Positions 62,801 to 64,000 of a DNA stretch of 64,000 bases are shown piece after piece. Source of the stretch: Penicillus capitatus (Eukaryota; Plantae; Chlorophyta). Numbering within the stretch: position 1 is the stretch's first letter; each line of letters opens with the position of its first letter. Location: contig OZ287704.1 in assembly GCA_965649825.1 (NCBI GenBank), positions 1 to 64,000 of the forward strand. Reading direction: 5' to 3'. Under the pieces are notes generated by a model. It was given only the letters and a program-made list of their open reading frames with translations, did not search any database and was not told the origin of the DNA. The position numbers were made by a program, and so were the translations under genes.

Positions 62801-64000
62801 TCCCAGGAGAAATGTCGAAGCTGCGAAAAAAATGCACGATGCCGTGGAGGGGCTGCGCTTGTGCCGATTGACGGGTACTGGCATTCCACTCCATTCTCGC
62901 CCGTCTTCTGCAAGTGCATCGATCAGAAGGCCTGCCAGTATGGAGGAAGGACAGACAAGCTCATGGCTTTCTATGAAAATGCTAGTGCATTGACGTCGCG
63001 ACTGAGTGCTCTGAATAAATTTATCGAAAAAGGAGGTCAGATGCCAGATTTCTCAGAATACCAGCAGTGCCTTGAAGGGTACGATGGGCCGCTCTGTGGT
63101 TCTTGTCAGCCGGACTACGGCCATTCGCACTCCTATGGATGCGAAGAATGTCCACAGGAGAAGACGACCGGCGTCCGCTTGACATTCGTAGCGGTATGGC
63201 TTTTCGTTGTGATCGGGTTGAACTGTGTCGTCACGTTGATGACCACCAATACCAGAATTGCATTCGCCAAATACGAACGGCAAGCAAAGATCATCACCGA
63301 AACAAGGGTTCTTCAAAGAACGGAGCACATTCAGGCCGCGCCTGTGCGAATCCCTCATCCTTTATCGGGCGAATCAGGTTTGTTAACGAACGATGTCATG
63401 CGCCTTCCCTTGGCCACCAGTAGCACAACCGCAGTTGCCGCCGCCACCCAGAGAAGACTCTATGCTCAGCAACTCATGCTTGCCGTTACCTTGACAGAGA
63501 TTCTTAAGGTCATGCCCGGCACGCACTGAACAGTTTGGAGACTCTGTTTCAGATTCTGGTCAACTACTTGCAAGTCACGGGCACTGCCTTACGCTTACAG
63601 ACGGAATGGACGGGGCCGCTTCGTATCCTGTTGCAGTTCGAAGGTAATTGCTGGTCAATCATATCTAGTCCTAAAATCGTGTTGACTCAGCTGGGTGGGT
63701 CGGATTCCTTGACGCCTTCATGTCGACTCCATTCGAGTGCGGTCTGGAAAAGGGTATCGCACCCGCATCCGTTTCTGCACTGTGGATGCGATTAACCATG
63801 CCGTGGTTGGCCCTGGCGGCTATAGAACTCACCTTTGTACTTGTCTGGCTCTGCACGCAACGCTATCGACACATGCGGGAGTTTCAACTCCCAACCTGCC
63901 TCATAGTGATCGCTCTCGTGTCTGTGAACTTCTCCTTCATCGACGTCACCAGAGAGCTCATGAGAGCCGTCAACTGTGTGCAGATCGCAGAGATGTGCAC
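59803..64000 (+). CDS. Pmp-repeat / Cys-rich / multi-TM surface protein, paralog 6 (runs off the window end)
   Basis: Signal peptide MPPRVLSLFALALWLSSVFAKG, GGAI repeats in 60226-61353, CYPGE...GYWHSTPFSP...CLEGYDGPLCGSC, TEILK|ILVNYLQVTGTALRLQTEW and finally VTRELMRAVNC at the window edge. Confidence 0.9.

Noticed and set aside
1-64000. Non-standard genetic code (TAA/TAG = Gln, as in some ulvophyte algae)
   Set aside because: Conserved proteins end at TAA/TAG at their expected C-termini (MnmE FCIGK-TAA, MoaE), and conserved exons contain no in-frame TAR.
1-64000. Bacterial (chlamydial Pmp) contamination or a prokaryotic contig
   Set aside because: The Pmp-repeat genes contain spliceosomal introns, lack an autotransporter beta-barrel and are interspersed with eukaryotic housekeeping genes.

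Overview
Eukaryotic nuclear DNA from a very compact, intron-rich genome with short (about 37-60 nt) spliceosomal introns and the standard genetic code. Plant-type MSH6/UBP14 and transit-peptide-bearing NDPK and MnmE suggest a green alga (inference). The window holds about 25 protein-coding genes of two kinds. (1) Tightly packed housekeeping genes: ZNHIT2-like, MOCS2B/MoaE, NDPK, NAA20, RABGGTA, MnmE, CAND1, SDHAF4, exportin-T, PPT1, CIAO1, BiP, GRP94, UBP14, DUF711, MSH6, OST3/6, an AAA_33 kinase-like gene and a bacterial-type membrane hydrolase-like gene. (2) Six paralogs of a large cell-surface family: signal peptide, Pmp-type GGA[I/V]...FxxN beta-helix repeats, Cys-rich stalk and multi-pass TM domain. 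One paralog is ectodomain-only and one carries a recent 450-bp internal duplication. The most unusual signals are a conserved AAAAGAGTGAGA / TGTGTGAGA core found in about 20 introns in BOTH orientations (introner-like or a DNA-level element), divergent gene pairs whose ATGs are only 8-13 bp apart, and the expanding receptor-like family. Exon boundaries were inferred by eye, so gene coordinates span first to last codon and include introns. No tRNA, rRNA, CRISPR array or intact transposase was seen.
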